Origin: Octopus sinensis
Taxonomy: Eukaryota
Reading direction: 5' to 3'
DNA: 64,000 bases
NCBI RefSeq assembly: GCF_006345805.1
Contig: NC_043000.1
Span: 20,274,001 to 20,338,000, forward strand
The position numbers and the translations under genes are program-made. The notes under the pieces were generated by a model that saw only the letters and a list, made by a program, of their open reading frames with translations, was not told the DNA's origin and ran no database searches. Positions 23,935 through 36,525 of this stretch are shown in pieces; position 1 is the first letter of the stretch, and every line of letters starts with the position of its first letter.

Positions 23935-24368
23935 TATTTCATATTTAAGTATAATATGTAGGTACAAGTGTGGCTGTGTGGCTAAGACGCTTACTTCTCA
24001 ACCAATGTGGTCTTGGTTCAGTCTCACTGCATGGCACCTTTGAAAAGTGTCTTCTACTTAGATTCTGAGCCAAACAAAGCCTTGTAAATGAATTTAGAAG
24101 ACGGAAGCTGAAATAAGTAAATTGCTTATCTTTCTGTGCATACCTGTCAATGCTATGTTTGCCATAAGGTCATCAAATTTAAAGGAGGCCTCAAAAGACA
24201 TTTTAAGATAGCTCTTGGTGGTCCAAAGCAGATAAGCAATTTATGTTGGTGTCTTTTGAAAACATTGTCTGGTTTAAAAAGTCACATCAGACACCATGAT
24301 AGAACTAAGCTGTAAGTGCAAGAGGTGGGTCAAACACTGCATAAGGAATAGATAACCACCATATATAT

Positions 24369-24402
<34 letters not shown>

Positions 24403-24486
24403 ATTATTAATATTTGAGGGAATAAAATCCAAAACTTACAAGGAAAAAAAAATTCAGTTTAGAAATACTAAATCAAATTTCACACA

Positions 24487-24542
<56 letters not shown>

Positions 24543-24599
24543 ACACACACATATATATATAAGTATATTTATACATACGGGAGTTGAAAAACAAAGTTA

Positions 24600-24694
24600 G
24601 TCACTGCCTGTTGGGAGATAGCTGCAGATTTACCAGGGCGCCAAGGATTCTTTCACATTCCAGTTACGGAGAAACCTGATATCATTTGGTGTGA

Positions 24695-24725
<31 letters not shown>

Positions 24726-25250
24726 GAAGAAAGAAAGTGGTAAATCTGGTCAAGTTATTGATTCCTCATGAAGATAAACATGGATGCCGCTTGACCATTA
24801 TGAAAACCTCCTGAAGGGATGCAAAGATGCAGGCTGGAAAGCAGAGTATTTTCCAATCAAAGTCGGATGTAAAGAATTCATTGGACACAGTGTAAGGAGA
24901 CTGTTGTTATTGTTAGACCTAACTCATCATAATGCAAATACCATAAGTGATATGCAAACTACAGTGGAAAAGGCAAACCATTGGATTTGGTTAAAAAGAG
25001 ACCATGAACAATGGCAAGAAGAATATTGAATGAAACAGGATTACCAGTTGATCTAGCAAGCGGGGCCATATTTCAGCAAGGGTGGCTATTGCACAATGAT
25101 GCTGTCGAGATGAAGGCCCCAAAACGGTACACATTCTCTCTTGATGACCCTATGAACTTCCTAGCATCCAGTAGCACTTGTATCTACTAGTTGTTTGTAG
25201 ATAATGCTGGTAACACCTGTACACCTGTATCTGCAAGTTGTTTGCAAAAG
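24600..25250 (+). mobile_element. HERO/NeSL-like non-LTR retrotransposon RLE domain and 3' UTR, degenerate
   Basis: KPDIIW..V..LLIPHE..YENLLKGCKDAGWKAEYFPIKVGC..VEKANHWIWLKR, with a (GAAA)n insertion; UTR homologous to 43165-43350. Confidence 0.75.
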
Positions 25251-25639
25251 AAAAATGTATGTGCATGTGTGTGTGTCCTTGTTTATCCCCGTTTGTCTGT
25301 CCTTGTTTATCCCCTTATATGTTTAGCCCCTTGTGGGTAGTAAAGAAATAGGTGATAGCGATGATAGATAAATATTATGTGTTGATAAATATTACGTGTT
25401 TTATTCATTAATTATTTATATATGATTTCAGGGAGTCAATTCACAGTCTCAAGATTGAAAGAACCCAAGGTAAGAACTTCTTGAATTCCTTTACAACATA
25501 TCTAAGCAAAAAAAAAAAAAGTAAACACTTAAAACTATAGAAAATGTGAATATTATTGCATTGTTTCCCAGTTTTCTCAATATGAATATTAGTTTCAAAT
25601 TTTGGTAGTGGGTGAGTAATTTTAGGGGTGAGAGTAAGT

Positions 25640-25805
25640 AAATTACACCAACCCCCAGTGCTCAACTGGTTCCTATTTTATCGACCCTGAAAGGACAAAG
25701 GGCAAAGTCAACCTCGGTGGAATTTGAACTCAGGATGTAAAAATGAATGAAAAGCTGCTAAATGTCTTGCACAACATGCCAACGATTCTGCTAGCTCGCT
25801 GCCTT
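25640..25805 (-). mobile_element. SINE S2, diverged
   Basis: tttatcgaccctgaaaggac-aaagggcaaagtcaacctcggtggaatttgaactcag, reverse of the S2 core. Confidence 0.8.
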
Positions 25806-26031
25806 TTCTTGATATAAATATCTACTTTAAAGAATGTTTAGTATTAATTCCATTTGCTAACATCTTTTAAATCAGTAACATATAGCCTTGTTAGGTATAT
25901 GTTATTGAGGAGGAGGTGGAGGATGACAAAGATGTTATTATAAATGAATATGAAAATAAACATTAACATAATACCTATTTATCTGTCTGTCTATCTATCT
26001 GTATATCTATCACTAACTCCACAAGTTTTTT

Positions 26032-26081
<50 letters not shown>

Positions 26082-26239
26082 GTTTATTTCCTCATGTTCC
26101 TTTCTGTTGAAGACTGTAGGCTCAAAACGTAAAAAACTTTCTCACCTTCCCAAGCACCAAGCTAATACACCTGCTTGTTCTTTATATACCTGTCTTCGTC
26201 TTTTGTTTCTCTGTAAATTTCAACTATATGTATATATAT

Positions 26240-27240
26240 AGAGAGAGAGTAAGAATAGCCTGGGCAAAGTTCAGAGAGCTCTTACTTCTGCTGGTGACAA
26301 AAGGCCTCTCGCTCAGAGTAAAAGGCAGACTGTATGACACATGTGTACGAGCAGCCATGCTACATGGCAGTGAAACATGGGCCGTGTCTGCTGAGGACAT
26401 GCGTAAGCTCGCTAGAAATGAAGCCAGTATGCGCCGATGGATGTGTAATGTCAGTGTTCATACTCGACAGAGTGTAAGTACCTTGAGAGAAAAGTTGGAC
26501 CTAAGAAGCATCAGTTGTGGTGTGCAAGAGAGACGTTTGCGCTGGTATGGTCATGTGGCGAGAATGGATGAAGATAGTTGTGTGAAAAAGTGCTACACCC
26601 TAGCGGTTGAGGGAACCTGTGGAAGAGGTAGACCCAGGAAAACCTGGGACGAGGTGGTGAAGCACGACCTTCGAACTTTAGGTCTCACCGAGGAAATGAC
26701 TAGAGACCTTTGGAAGTATGCTGTGCGTGAGAAGACCCGGCAGGAGAAGTGAGACAATAACCCGTGGCCTCTAACTGGAATGTAGCCAGTCCACTTATGC
26801 ATACCTTTCCTTCTTGGGACACAAAAATCTACTTGTGAAGACCTGTTGAGGCAAGTGGAAATCAAAATCAAAATCGAAATCGATCAACATCAATGGAAAT
26901 TGTAACTGTGATACCAGTGCCGGTGGCACGTAAGCGAACCATCCGAACATGGCTGTTGCCAGCACCGCTCCGACTGACCTCCATGCCGGTGGCACGTAAA
27001 AAGCACCATCCGATCGTGGCCGTTTGCCAACCTCGTCTGGCACCTGTGCCGGTGGCACGTAAAAAGCACCCACTACACTCACGGAGTGGTTGGCGTTAGG
27101 AAGGGCATCCAGCCGTAGAAATATTGCCAGATCAGACTGGGCCTGGTGTAGCCTTCTGGGTTGCCAGACCCCAGTTGAACCGTCCAACCCATGCTAGCAT
27201 GGAAAGCGGACGCTAAACGATGATGATGATGATGATGATG
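26240..27240 (+). mobile_element. RTE-clade LINE 3' end (ORF C-terminus, 3' UTR with three tgccggtggcacgtaa repeats, (GAT)n tail)
   Basis: RLRWYGHVARMDED..RGRPRKTW..; tail gttggcgttaggaagggcatccagccgtag..aaacgatgatgat. Confidence 0.92.
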
Positions 27241-27340
27241 ATATACATATATATAAATATATATATATTTTTTTCAAAATGTAACCACATGTGAATCATT
27301 TGTGATTTTTCCCTCTTCCTTTTCTGTTGGACTTTCCTCA

Positions 27341-27375
27341 GTTTCTGAAGAAGGGCTTTGCCCGAAATGTTAAAC
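27341..27375 (+). ncRNA. Minimal type I hammerhead-like motif (Penelope terminal remnant)
   Basis: GUUU-CUGAAGA-A-GGGC UUU GCCC-GAAA-UGU-U/AAAC; C15.2 changed to U; duplicate at 30396-30430. Confidence 0.6.
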
Positions 27376-27457
27376 CATTTTGCTTTCCTTCCCTGAGCAT
27401 CTACATGTTCCAATACCTCGCATTGTTGTTTTTTGTGTTTGTTCTTCGTATTTTTTG

Positions 27458-27500
<43 letters not shown>

Positions 27501-27872
27501 TCATCATCATCATCGTTTAACACCCGCTTTCCATGCAAGCATGGACGATTTTGACTGAGGGCTGGCGAACCAGATGGCTGCACCAGGCTCCAATCTTGAT
27601 CTGACAGAGTTTCTACAGCTGGATGCCCCTATATATATCGAGTGACTGAAACCTTTGCCAGTTGCTGTGCTTGAGAAGAAACGTCAAGTGACATTAAAAG
27701 CATGCTGGTGACACATAAAAGGCATCGAGTACAGTCAATGCCAGCATGGAAAACAGATGCTAAATGTTGATGACAATGATATATATTATGATAATACTTG
27801 CTTTTATGTTCGGTTGTAATAAAAACAATTCATAGAAAGATAGATTTTACTGTTAAAGATTGTTTGTTTCAG

Positions 27873-27992
27873 TACCATGGTGAAACTATTAAGAATGTGA
27901 CAGAAACTACCCAGAAGTTTGATAAACCGAAGATAATTGCTGTTGCACAGGATACAAAAGGACCCGAGATAAGAACAGGCCTTCTCAAGGGT
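27873..27992 (+). CDS. PK: Pyruvate kinase exon, 120 nt, phase 0/0 (copy 1)
   Basis: tttcag|YHGETIKNVTETTQKFDKPKIIAVAQDTKGPEIRTGLLKG|gtaagt; matches the PK DTKGPEIRTG signature. Confidence 0.9.
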
Positions 27993-28129
27993 GTAAGTTG
28001 AGTTTAAAATTATTGAGAATATTAGAAATTTAAACCATTTTCCAGCTGAATTTGTAGGACTGATAAGGCTTGATTTACAAAAATTAAAAACGAGTAGCTT
28101 ACGTGAAAATGTGCAATGTTGATTTGGTC

Positions 28130-29850
28130 AGTGAGTGACAATTAATTTCTTGGTTTATTGTAGGCTTTTTTTTTCATTTCTTGTTTAAAGTTTTCTTTAG
28201 TTACCCAATTTTCAGTTTTGATGACGCCAGCATTCTTCGTGTGTTCCAACAGTGGCTCCACAACAATTTTTATATATTACACTAGGTTGTTTTCCTCTGC
28301 TTTAATATTCCTGCCAACTGATCAAACCTCTGCCACCCTTTCTTCTGGACAAGTACAGCCTATTGGTGTCACTCTTAGGGTGGAAGGCTCCATGTACTGT
28401 CAGCATTTTTCTGGATTTGGTATCCATTTTCTTCATTTGTCACTTTTTCCATTTTATAATACCTGCTCCATACCGAAGTGATGTTATTGCCCACGCATTA
28501 ACTGCTTGAATTTTATTCCATCCACTTAATTTTGAGCGCAACACCAACCTCAGGCTTCGGAAATACTCCATCTTCAGTTACTCTTTCATTTCCTTTTCCA
28601 TTATCTCATTGAACTCTAATACACCAAGGTATTTATATCCTTCTGTTTCAATTTGCTTAATCAAGGATCTATTCAATAATTCTATACCTATTTCTTTACT
28701 ACCCACAAGGGGCTAAACACAGATGGGACAGACAAGGACAGACAAACGGATTAAGTCGATTACATCGAGCCCCAGTGCGTAACTGGTACTTAATTTATCG
28801 ACCCCGAAAGGATGAAAGGCAAAGTCGACCTCGGCGGAATTTGAACTCAGAACGTAATGGCAGGCGAAATACCGCTTAGCATTTCGCCCGGCGTGCTAAC
28901 ATTTCTGCCAGCTCGCCGCCTTAAATTCTATACCTGCTAGGGCCTGCACCTAGCCTTCTTTTAGGTAGATTATTCTGCACTTCTTGAGTCCAAATTTCAT
29001 TCTAATACCAGTACTAAAGCAGTAGACCATGTTCACCTAGTAACTCACTTGTCTCTCATCTTTGCCATACAATTTCAAATCGTCAATGAAGAGGAGATGA
29101 TTGATTGTTTGGGATTTTCCTTTAGTTGGTATCCCAGGTTCATTTTCCAGGTTCAGCGGTGTCATGCAGAAAATGAAAAACAACAGAGATAGGCTATCAC
29201 CCTGGAAAATCCCTATCCCACTACATCTCCCTTCAGGAAACACATTACATTCCTCGCAATTCCAAACAGATCTAAGCACTCGATGATCCATGAATGTAGA
29301 ATTATTTCATCAGCTTTGCGATAGTTAATCCAGACCATTCCCAGATTTGTTCTCCATTTACAATCTTGCATTACCATTTTGTCTATCAATAGTTGATCTT
29401 GGTACCTCTACATCTCCTTTTGTTCCGTCAGTAATATATCATTCTCATTGAGCAATTTATACTGTTCTGCAATTCCATCTGACAGTAACTTCCACATTAA
29501 TGGGAAGCAGGGAATTGGTTAGTAATTCTCAGCAGCATTTCCCTTTGATACATCCTTCAGGCACAACACCATTCGTCCTTTTGTCTACCAGCCCAGGATT
29601 TCATCTTCTCCATCGACCAGTGCATTAAATTGCTCTGCAATCAATTTATGGCAACTACTGAACTTTTTCATCCAAAATCCCTGTACGCCATTAGGTCCTG
29701 CTGCTTTCCGATTGCTTATCTCTTTACTTATATTCCTGATACTGTCTTCTATGAAGTGGATAGCTTTTTGCTGGGGATGAGAAGCTGTTTACTTCAGGCT
29801 GCAGAGCCAGTCAGCTGTTGTATTATGCTGTTCTTGCTTACTTCATATCA
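28130..29850 (-). mobile_element. Old R4/Dong-like RT fragment, family F (duplicated part)
   Basis: GIFQGDSLSLLFF..NHLLFIDDLKLYGK and YKYLGVLE..EYFRSLRLVLRSKL, interrupted by a SINE. Confidence 0.8.
28690..28923 (-). mobile_element. SINE S2, full length, with 12-bp TSD aattctatacct
   Basis: B-box gagttcaaattcc; TSD at 28678-28689 and 28924-28935. Confidence 0.92.
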
Positions 29851-30395
29851 TATGCATACCTTTCCTTCTTGGGACACAAAAATCTACTTGTGAAGACCTG
29901 TTGAGGCAAGTGGAAATCAAAATCAAAATCGAAATCGATCAACATCAATGGAAATTGTAACTGTGATACCAGTGCCGGTGGCACGTAAGCGAACCATCCG
30001 AACGTGGCTGTTGCCAGCGCCGCTCCGACTGACCTCCATGCCGGTGGCACGTAAAAAGCACCATCCGATCGTGGCCGTTTGCCAACCTCGTCTGGCACCT
30101 GTGCCGGTGGCACGTAAAAAGCACCCACTACACTCACGGAGTGGTTGGCGTTAGGAAGGGCATCCAGCCGTAGAAATATTGCCAGATCAGACTGGGCCTG
30201 GTGTAGCCTTCTGGGTTGCCAGACCCCAGTTGAACCGTCCAACCCATGCTAGCATGGAAAGCGGACGCTAAACGATGATGATGATGATGATGATGATATA
30301 CATATATATAAATATATATATATTTTTTTCAAAATGTAACCACATGTGAATCATTTGTGATTTTTCCCTCTTCCTTTTCTGTTGGACTTTCCTCA

Positions 30396-30430
30396 GTTTC
30401 TGAAGAAGGGCTTTGCCCGAAATGTTAAAC
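30396..30430 (+). ncRNA. Minimal hammerhead-like motif (duplicate)
   Basis: Identical to 27341-27375. Confidence 0.6.
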
Positions 30431-30517
30431 CATTTTGCTTTCCTTCCCGAGCATCTACATCTACATGTTCCAATACCTCGCATTGTTGTTTTTTGTGTTT
30501 GTTCTTCGTATTTTTTG

Positions 30518-30556
<39 letters not shown>

Positions 30557-30931
30557 TCATCATCATCATCGTTTAACACCCGCTTTCCATGCAAGCATGG
30601 ACGATTTTGACTGAGGGCTGGCGAACCAGATGGCTGCACCAGGCTCCAATCTTGATCTGACAGAGTTTCTACAGCTGGATGCCCCTATATATATCGAGTG
30701 ACTGAAACCTTTGCCAGTTTGCTGTGCTTGAGAAGAAACGTCAAGTGACGCATTAAAAGCATGCTGGTGACACATAAAAGGCATCTAGTACAGTCAATGC
30801 CAGCATGGAAAACAGATGCTAAATGTTGATGACAATGATATATATTATGATAATACTTGCTTTTATGTTCGGTTGTAATAAAAACAATTCATAGAAAGAT
30901 AGATTTTACTGTTAAAGATTGTTTGTTTCAG

Positions 30932-31051
30932 TACCATGGTGAAACTATTAAGAATGTGACAGAAACTACCCAGAAGTTTGATAAACCGAAGATAATTGCT
31001 GTTGCACAGGATACAAAAGGACCCGAGATAAGAACAGGCCTTCTCAAGGGT
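30932..31051 (+). CDS. PK: Pyruvate kinase exon (copy 2)
   Basis: Same translation and splice sites as 27873-27992. Confidence 0.9.
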
Positions 31052-31189
31052 GTAAGTTGAGTTAAAATTATTGAGAATATTAGAAATTTAAACCATTTTC
31101 CAGCTGAATTTGTAGGACTGATAAGGCTTGATTTACAAAAATTAAAAACGAGTAGCTTACGTGAAAATGTGCAATGTTGATTTGGTCAG

Positions 31190-33470
31190 TGAGTGACAAT
31201 TAATTTCTTGTTTATTGTAGGCTTTTTTTTCATTTCTTGTTTAAAGTTTTCTTTAGTTACCCAATTTTCAGTTTTGATGACGCCAGCATTCTTCGTGTGT
31301 TCCAACAGTGGCTCCACAACAATTTTTATATATTACACTAGGTTGTTTTCCTCTGCTTTAATATTCCTGCCAACTGATCAAACCTCTGCCACCCTTCTTC
31401 TGGACAAGTACAGCCTATTGGTGTCACTCTTAGGGTGGAAGGCTCCATGTACTGTCAGCATTTTTCTGGATTTGGTATCCATTTTCTTCATTTGTCACTT
31501 TTTCCATTTTATAATACCTGCTCCATACCGAAGTGATGTTATTGCCCACGCATTAACTGCTTGAATTTTATTCCATCCACTTAATTTTGAGCGCAACACC
31601 AACCTCAGGCTTCGGAAATACTCCATCTTCAGTTACTCTTTCATTTCCTTTTCCATTATCTCATTGAACTCTAATACACCAAGGTATTTGTATCCTTCTG
31701 TTTCAATTTGCTTAATCAAGTATCTATTCAATAATTCTATACCTATTTCTTTACTACCCACAAGGGGCTAAACACAGATGGGACAGACAAGGACAGACAA
31801 ACGGATTAAGTCGATTACATCGAGCCCCAGTGCGTAACTGGTACTTAATTTATCGACCCCGAAAGGATGAAAGGCAAAGTCGACCTCGGCGGAATTTGAA
31901 CTCAGAACGTAATGGCAGGCGAAATACCGCTAAGCATTTCGCCCGGCGTGCTAACATTTCTGCCAGCTCGCCGCCTTAAATTCTATACCTGCTAGGGCGT
32001 GCACCTAGCCTTCTTTTAGGTAGATTATTCTGCACTTCTTGAGTCCAAATTTCATTCTAATACCAGTACTAAAGCAGTAGACCATGTTCACCTAGTAACT
32101 CACTTGTCTCTCATCTTTGCCATACAATTTCAAATCGTCAATGAAGAGGAGATGATTGATTGTTTGGGATTTTCCTTTAGTTGGTATCCCAGGTTCATTT
32201 TCCAGGTTCAGCGGTGTCATGCAGAAAATGAAAAACAACAGAGATAGGCTATCACCCTGGAAAATCCCTATCCCACTACATCTCCCTTCAGGAAACACAT
32301 TACATTCCTCGCAATTCCAAACAGATCTAAGCACTCGATGATCCATGAATGTAGAATTATTTCATCAGCTTTGCGATAGTTAATCCAGACCATTCCCAGA
32401 TTTGTTCTCCATTTACAATCTTGCATTACCATTTTGTCTATCAATAGTTGATCTTTGGTACCTCTACATCTCCTTTTGTTCCGTCAGTAATATATCATTC
32501 TCATTGAGCAATTTATACTGTTCTGCAATTCCACCTGACAGTAACTTCCACATTAATGGGAAGCAGGGAATTGGTTAGTAATTCTCAGCAGCATTTCCCT
32601 TTGATACATCCTTCAGGCACAACACCATTCGTCCTTTTGTCTACCAGCCCAGGATTTCATCTTCTCCATCGACCAGTGCATTAAATTGCTCTGCAATCAA
32701 TTTATGGCAACTACTGAACTTTTTCATCCAAAATCCCTGTACGCCATTAGGTCCTGCTGCTTTCCGATTGCTTATCTCTTTACTTATATTCCTGATACTG
32801 TCTTCTATGAAGTGGATAGCTTTTTGCTGGGGATGGGAAGCTGTTTACTTCAGGCTGCAGAGCCAGTCAGCTGTTGTATTATGCTGTTCTTGCTTACTTC
32901 ATATCTTACTCCCCAAAACGTTGCCTTTCATCATCATTTCACGTTTTTTTTTGTCATCATTAATCACTTGGTAAAATTTTTTTTTTTTTGGTTGGTTCTA
33001 AACAGTTTTTCATGATAGTATTGCTTAATCCGTTGTTCAGAGCTAGTTAACCTTGCTTTTTTGCATGTATGCGCTGCTTCAGTTCTTCAACTACAACATT
33101 CAGGCCTTTCGTATCTACACCATACTTTTCCCTGACTTTTTCGAATTTCAATTCATTCTTAAGTTCTCCGTTTCTTTTCCTGACATGTATTGACACCACA
33201 CTTTTCAAGGAGTTTATGTTTACAGAAATTCTCCTTTTCCACTATGGCTGGAGTCGGACCAGTATCTCTGAGCCTGCGGGGTGCAACACTGTCACTATCA
33301 AAGGCTTCAGTTTCATTACCACCGTTACTCACAATATTTCGTCTTTTCATTGTTACTCTATGAAGTAGCGATTATCAGGTTGCGCATCTACCAGTGTTTT
33401 GATTGTGACACCAGATGTATTAAAAATCAGAGCATAGGGAGTTTCCAACCGCTTCCTTTCATTATTATTA
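31190..33470 (-). mobile_element. Old R4/Dong-like element, family F, 5'-truncated at (TAA)n
   Basis: REKYGVDTKGLNVVVEELKQRIHAKKARL..EQRIKQY (homologous to family A EKLKQDILAKAQRIRRY), then RT motifs. Confidence 0.8.
31745..31978 (-). mobile_element. SINE S2 (duplicate)
   Basis: Copy of 28690-28923 with the same TSD. Confidence 0.92.
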
Positions 33471-33509
33471 TTATCATCACTGATATTATTATTTTCATTA
33501 TTTTCGTTA

Positions 33510-33566
<57 letters not shown>

Positions 33567-33587
33567 TTTTCATTATCATTATCATCA

Positions 33588-34077
<490 letters not shown>

Positions 34078-34086
34078 TTATTATTA

Positions 34087-34116
<30 letters not shown>

Positions 34117-34118
<2 letters not shown>

Positions 34119-34824
34119 TTTTTTTTCTTCTTTCAAATTTGCTTCCATTTCTTGCCGAGTGTCTTCCCGCCTCCTAGGGCAAAGAAACTCATAGTATACA
34201 TTGGTAGGCCATTAAACCAAACTCAATAGTTCGTTCATTTTTTTTTTTTTTTTAAGTTAAATTAAAATACATGAGCAGCAACAGTTCTCACATCGACAAT
34301 GCTCTTCTCAATACGTGTGATGTACCAGTTAAGACAATCTTTTGCACTTCTTGCAGGGATGGTAAGCCAGGGATCATTCTCATATAATTTTCGGTTCCCT
34401 TCTTGATTATTCCTAGTGCTCCTACGATCACTGGTATTGTAACCGCCTTGAGATGCCCACATTGTCTCAATTTCAATGAGTAGGTCTTTATATTTTCTGT
34501 AGCTTGTCAAACTCTTTCGCTGAGATATTATGATCACAGGGGATGCTCATGTCGATCAATAAGCAAACTTTATTGTTTTGGTCTTTCACAACAATATCTG
34601 GTTTATTGGCCTTGATAGTTCGGTCTGTATGTACTGGAAAGTCCCACAGAATGGTTACATTTTCTCCTTCAGTTACAGCCTCAGGGTGGTGATTATACCA
34701 CTTGTCGGCAGTTTTGATATTGTAATGCCGACTTATTAGCCAGTGTAGATATTGGCCAACTCTGTCATGTCTTAATTTATACTCCACTGGAGCAAAGACT
34801 TTACATCCAGAGATTAGGGGGTCC
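34117..34824 (-). mobile_element. Family B 3' fragment
   Basis: YKLRHDRVGQY..KPDIV..HVLRRALSM* with frameshifts, plus UTR. Confidence 0.92.
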
Positions 34825-34881
<57 letters not shown>

Positions 34882-34884
<3 letters not shown>

Positions 34885-36381
34885 GTTTGAATTTTGCTTT
34901 ATGTTTGTACAAGTTGGCTCCAAGTCTCACCCAGAGACCTCAAGAGACAACAGGTTGGAAGTTCACGTTGTTGTTATGCCTAGTGTGCCATATATTTGGG
35001 GTTTTTTTGGTGTAGTACTAGTGAATGTCTAATAAATAAAAAAAATTTTTAAAGTTTGTTTTAAACCTTGGGATTACATAGAGAGTATTTTGCGTAGGAT
35101 ATGAGCAGTTCCATGAGCACTATATTTCTGCCATTTTGGGGTTTCCTGGTATCTGAGTTAGGTAGCAATCAGCCCCTTTCGTTATCATTCCCAGGGCACC
35201 TATGACAACAGGTATTGTTTTAGTCTTCAGCTTCCACATTTTGCTGATTTCTATTTCAAGATCTTTATATTTGCTCAGTTTTTGGTAGGTCTTGACAGAT
35301 ACGTTTATATCGATTGGAACAGTCATATAAATGAGGAGGCATGTTCTTTGTCTGAAGTCTTTCAATATGATGTCTGGCCTATTTGCATCTATCTTTCTGT
35401 CAGTTTGAATGATGAAGTTCCAGTGGAGTGAGATGTGGTCATTTTCAAGCACTGGAGGTGGATTATGTTCCCACCAGGTTTTTTCATGGGGCAAATCCAG
35501 GTTTTTGCAAATTACCCAGTGAATATATTGTGCAGCTCTATCATGCCTGTTGAGGTACTCTGTAGGCGCTAGAAGACTGCACTTGGAGACATGATCAATG
35601 GCTTCATTTTGTTGTCGACATACACGACATGTTGGGCTACTGCCGTTCTTTAATATGTTGGCCTGGTAGTCTCTTGTTGGTAGGCATTGATCTTGAGTTG
35701 CTATGATAAACCCTTCTGTTTCAGATTTTAAGCCAGAGGCCATTAGCCATTGATGGGTCAGGGCTTTGTCAATATCTGCATTATTCGCTCTCTTTGGGTA
35801 TTTGCCATAGAGAGGTTTTTCTTGCCATTTATTATTCAGAATATCTAAGGCCACAGTTTTGGCACGGGTTTTCATGCGCTTAGCTTTTTCTGTGCTTGTT
35901 TCTTGTATGTCTAACGCTAATTCCGAAATTTGTTGTATTCGGATGATGCTTTCTTGTTTTCATGTTTTGAGACAAGTTTTAGAATCTAATCTTCAGAGTT
36001 TTTCAGGTAGGTGTCTCGGCCAATTGTGGCAATCTTCATTGTTATTGTCAGTTGTAAAAGACCACGGCCTCCCTCTTTTCTTGGCAGATAAAGTCGTTCT
36101 GTATCTGCCTTAGGGTGGTGCATTCTATGCATTGTCAACAGTTTTCGTATTTTTCTGTCGAGCTGACATATTTCAGTAATTGACCAGTTAACGATATTGA
36201 AACTGTAAGTCACGACTGGTATGGCTAATGCATTGATCGCTTCGATCCTGTTTTTTGCATTCAGCTCTGTCTTGAGTATTGCTCTCACTCTTCGATAACA
36301 TTCTCTCCTGATCCTTTCCTTCATCTCTGAATGCCTTATTCCGTCCCCTTCAATTACCCCTAGGTACTTGTAGCTCTCCGC
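34882..36381 (-). mobile_element. Family C, longest copy (RT C-terminus, CCHC, RLE, UTR)
   Basis: ORFs 35986-36324 and 35120-35875: CRVC..HVSKC..RHDRAAQYIHW..RPDII..KYKDLEIEI. Confidence 0.93.
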
Positions 36382-36403
36382 TTATTATTATTATTATTAT
36401 TGC

Positions 36404-36449
<46 letters not shown>

Positions 36450-36525
36450 ATTATTATTATTATTATTATTATTAATAATAATATTATTATTATTACTATT
36501 ATTATTATTATTATTATTATTATTA

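Larger units (their letters stand above)
26796..32905. repeat. Tandem duplication, two ~3055-bp units (26796-29850 and 29851-32905)
   Basis: Colinear, near-identical sequence and paired ORFs; junction cttcatatc-a-tatgcatacc. Confidence 0.97.

Noticed and set aside
25434-25471. Micro-exon tttcag..aag|gtaaga as another PK exon
   Set aside because: The splice signals are plausible but none of the three frames resembles PK or HtrL.
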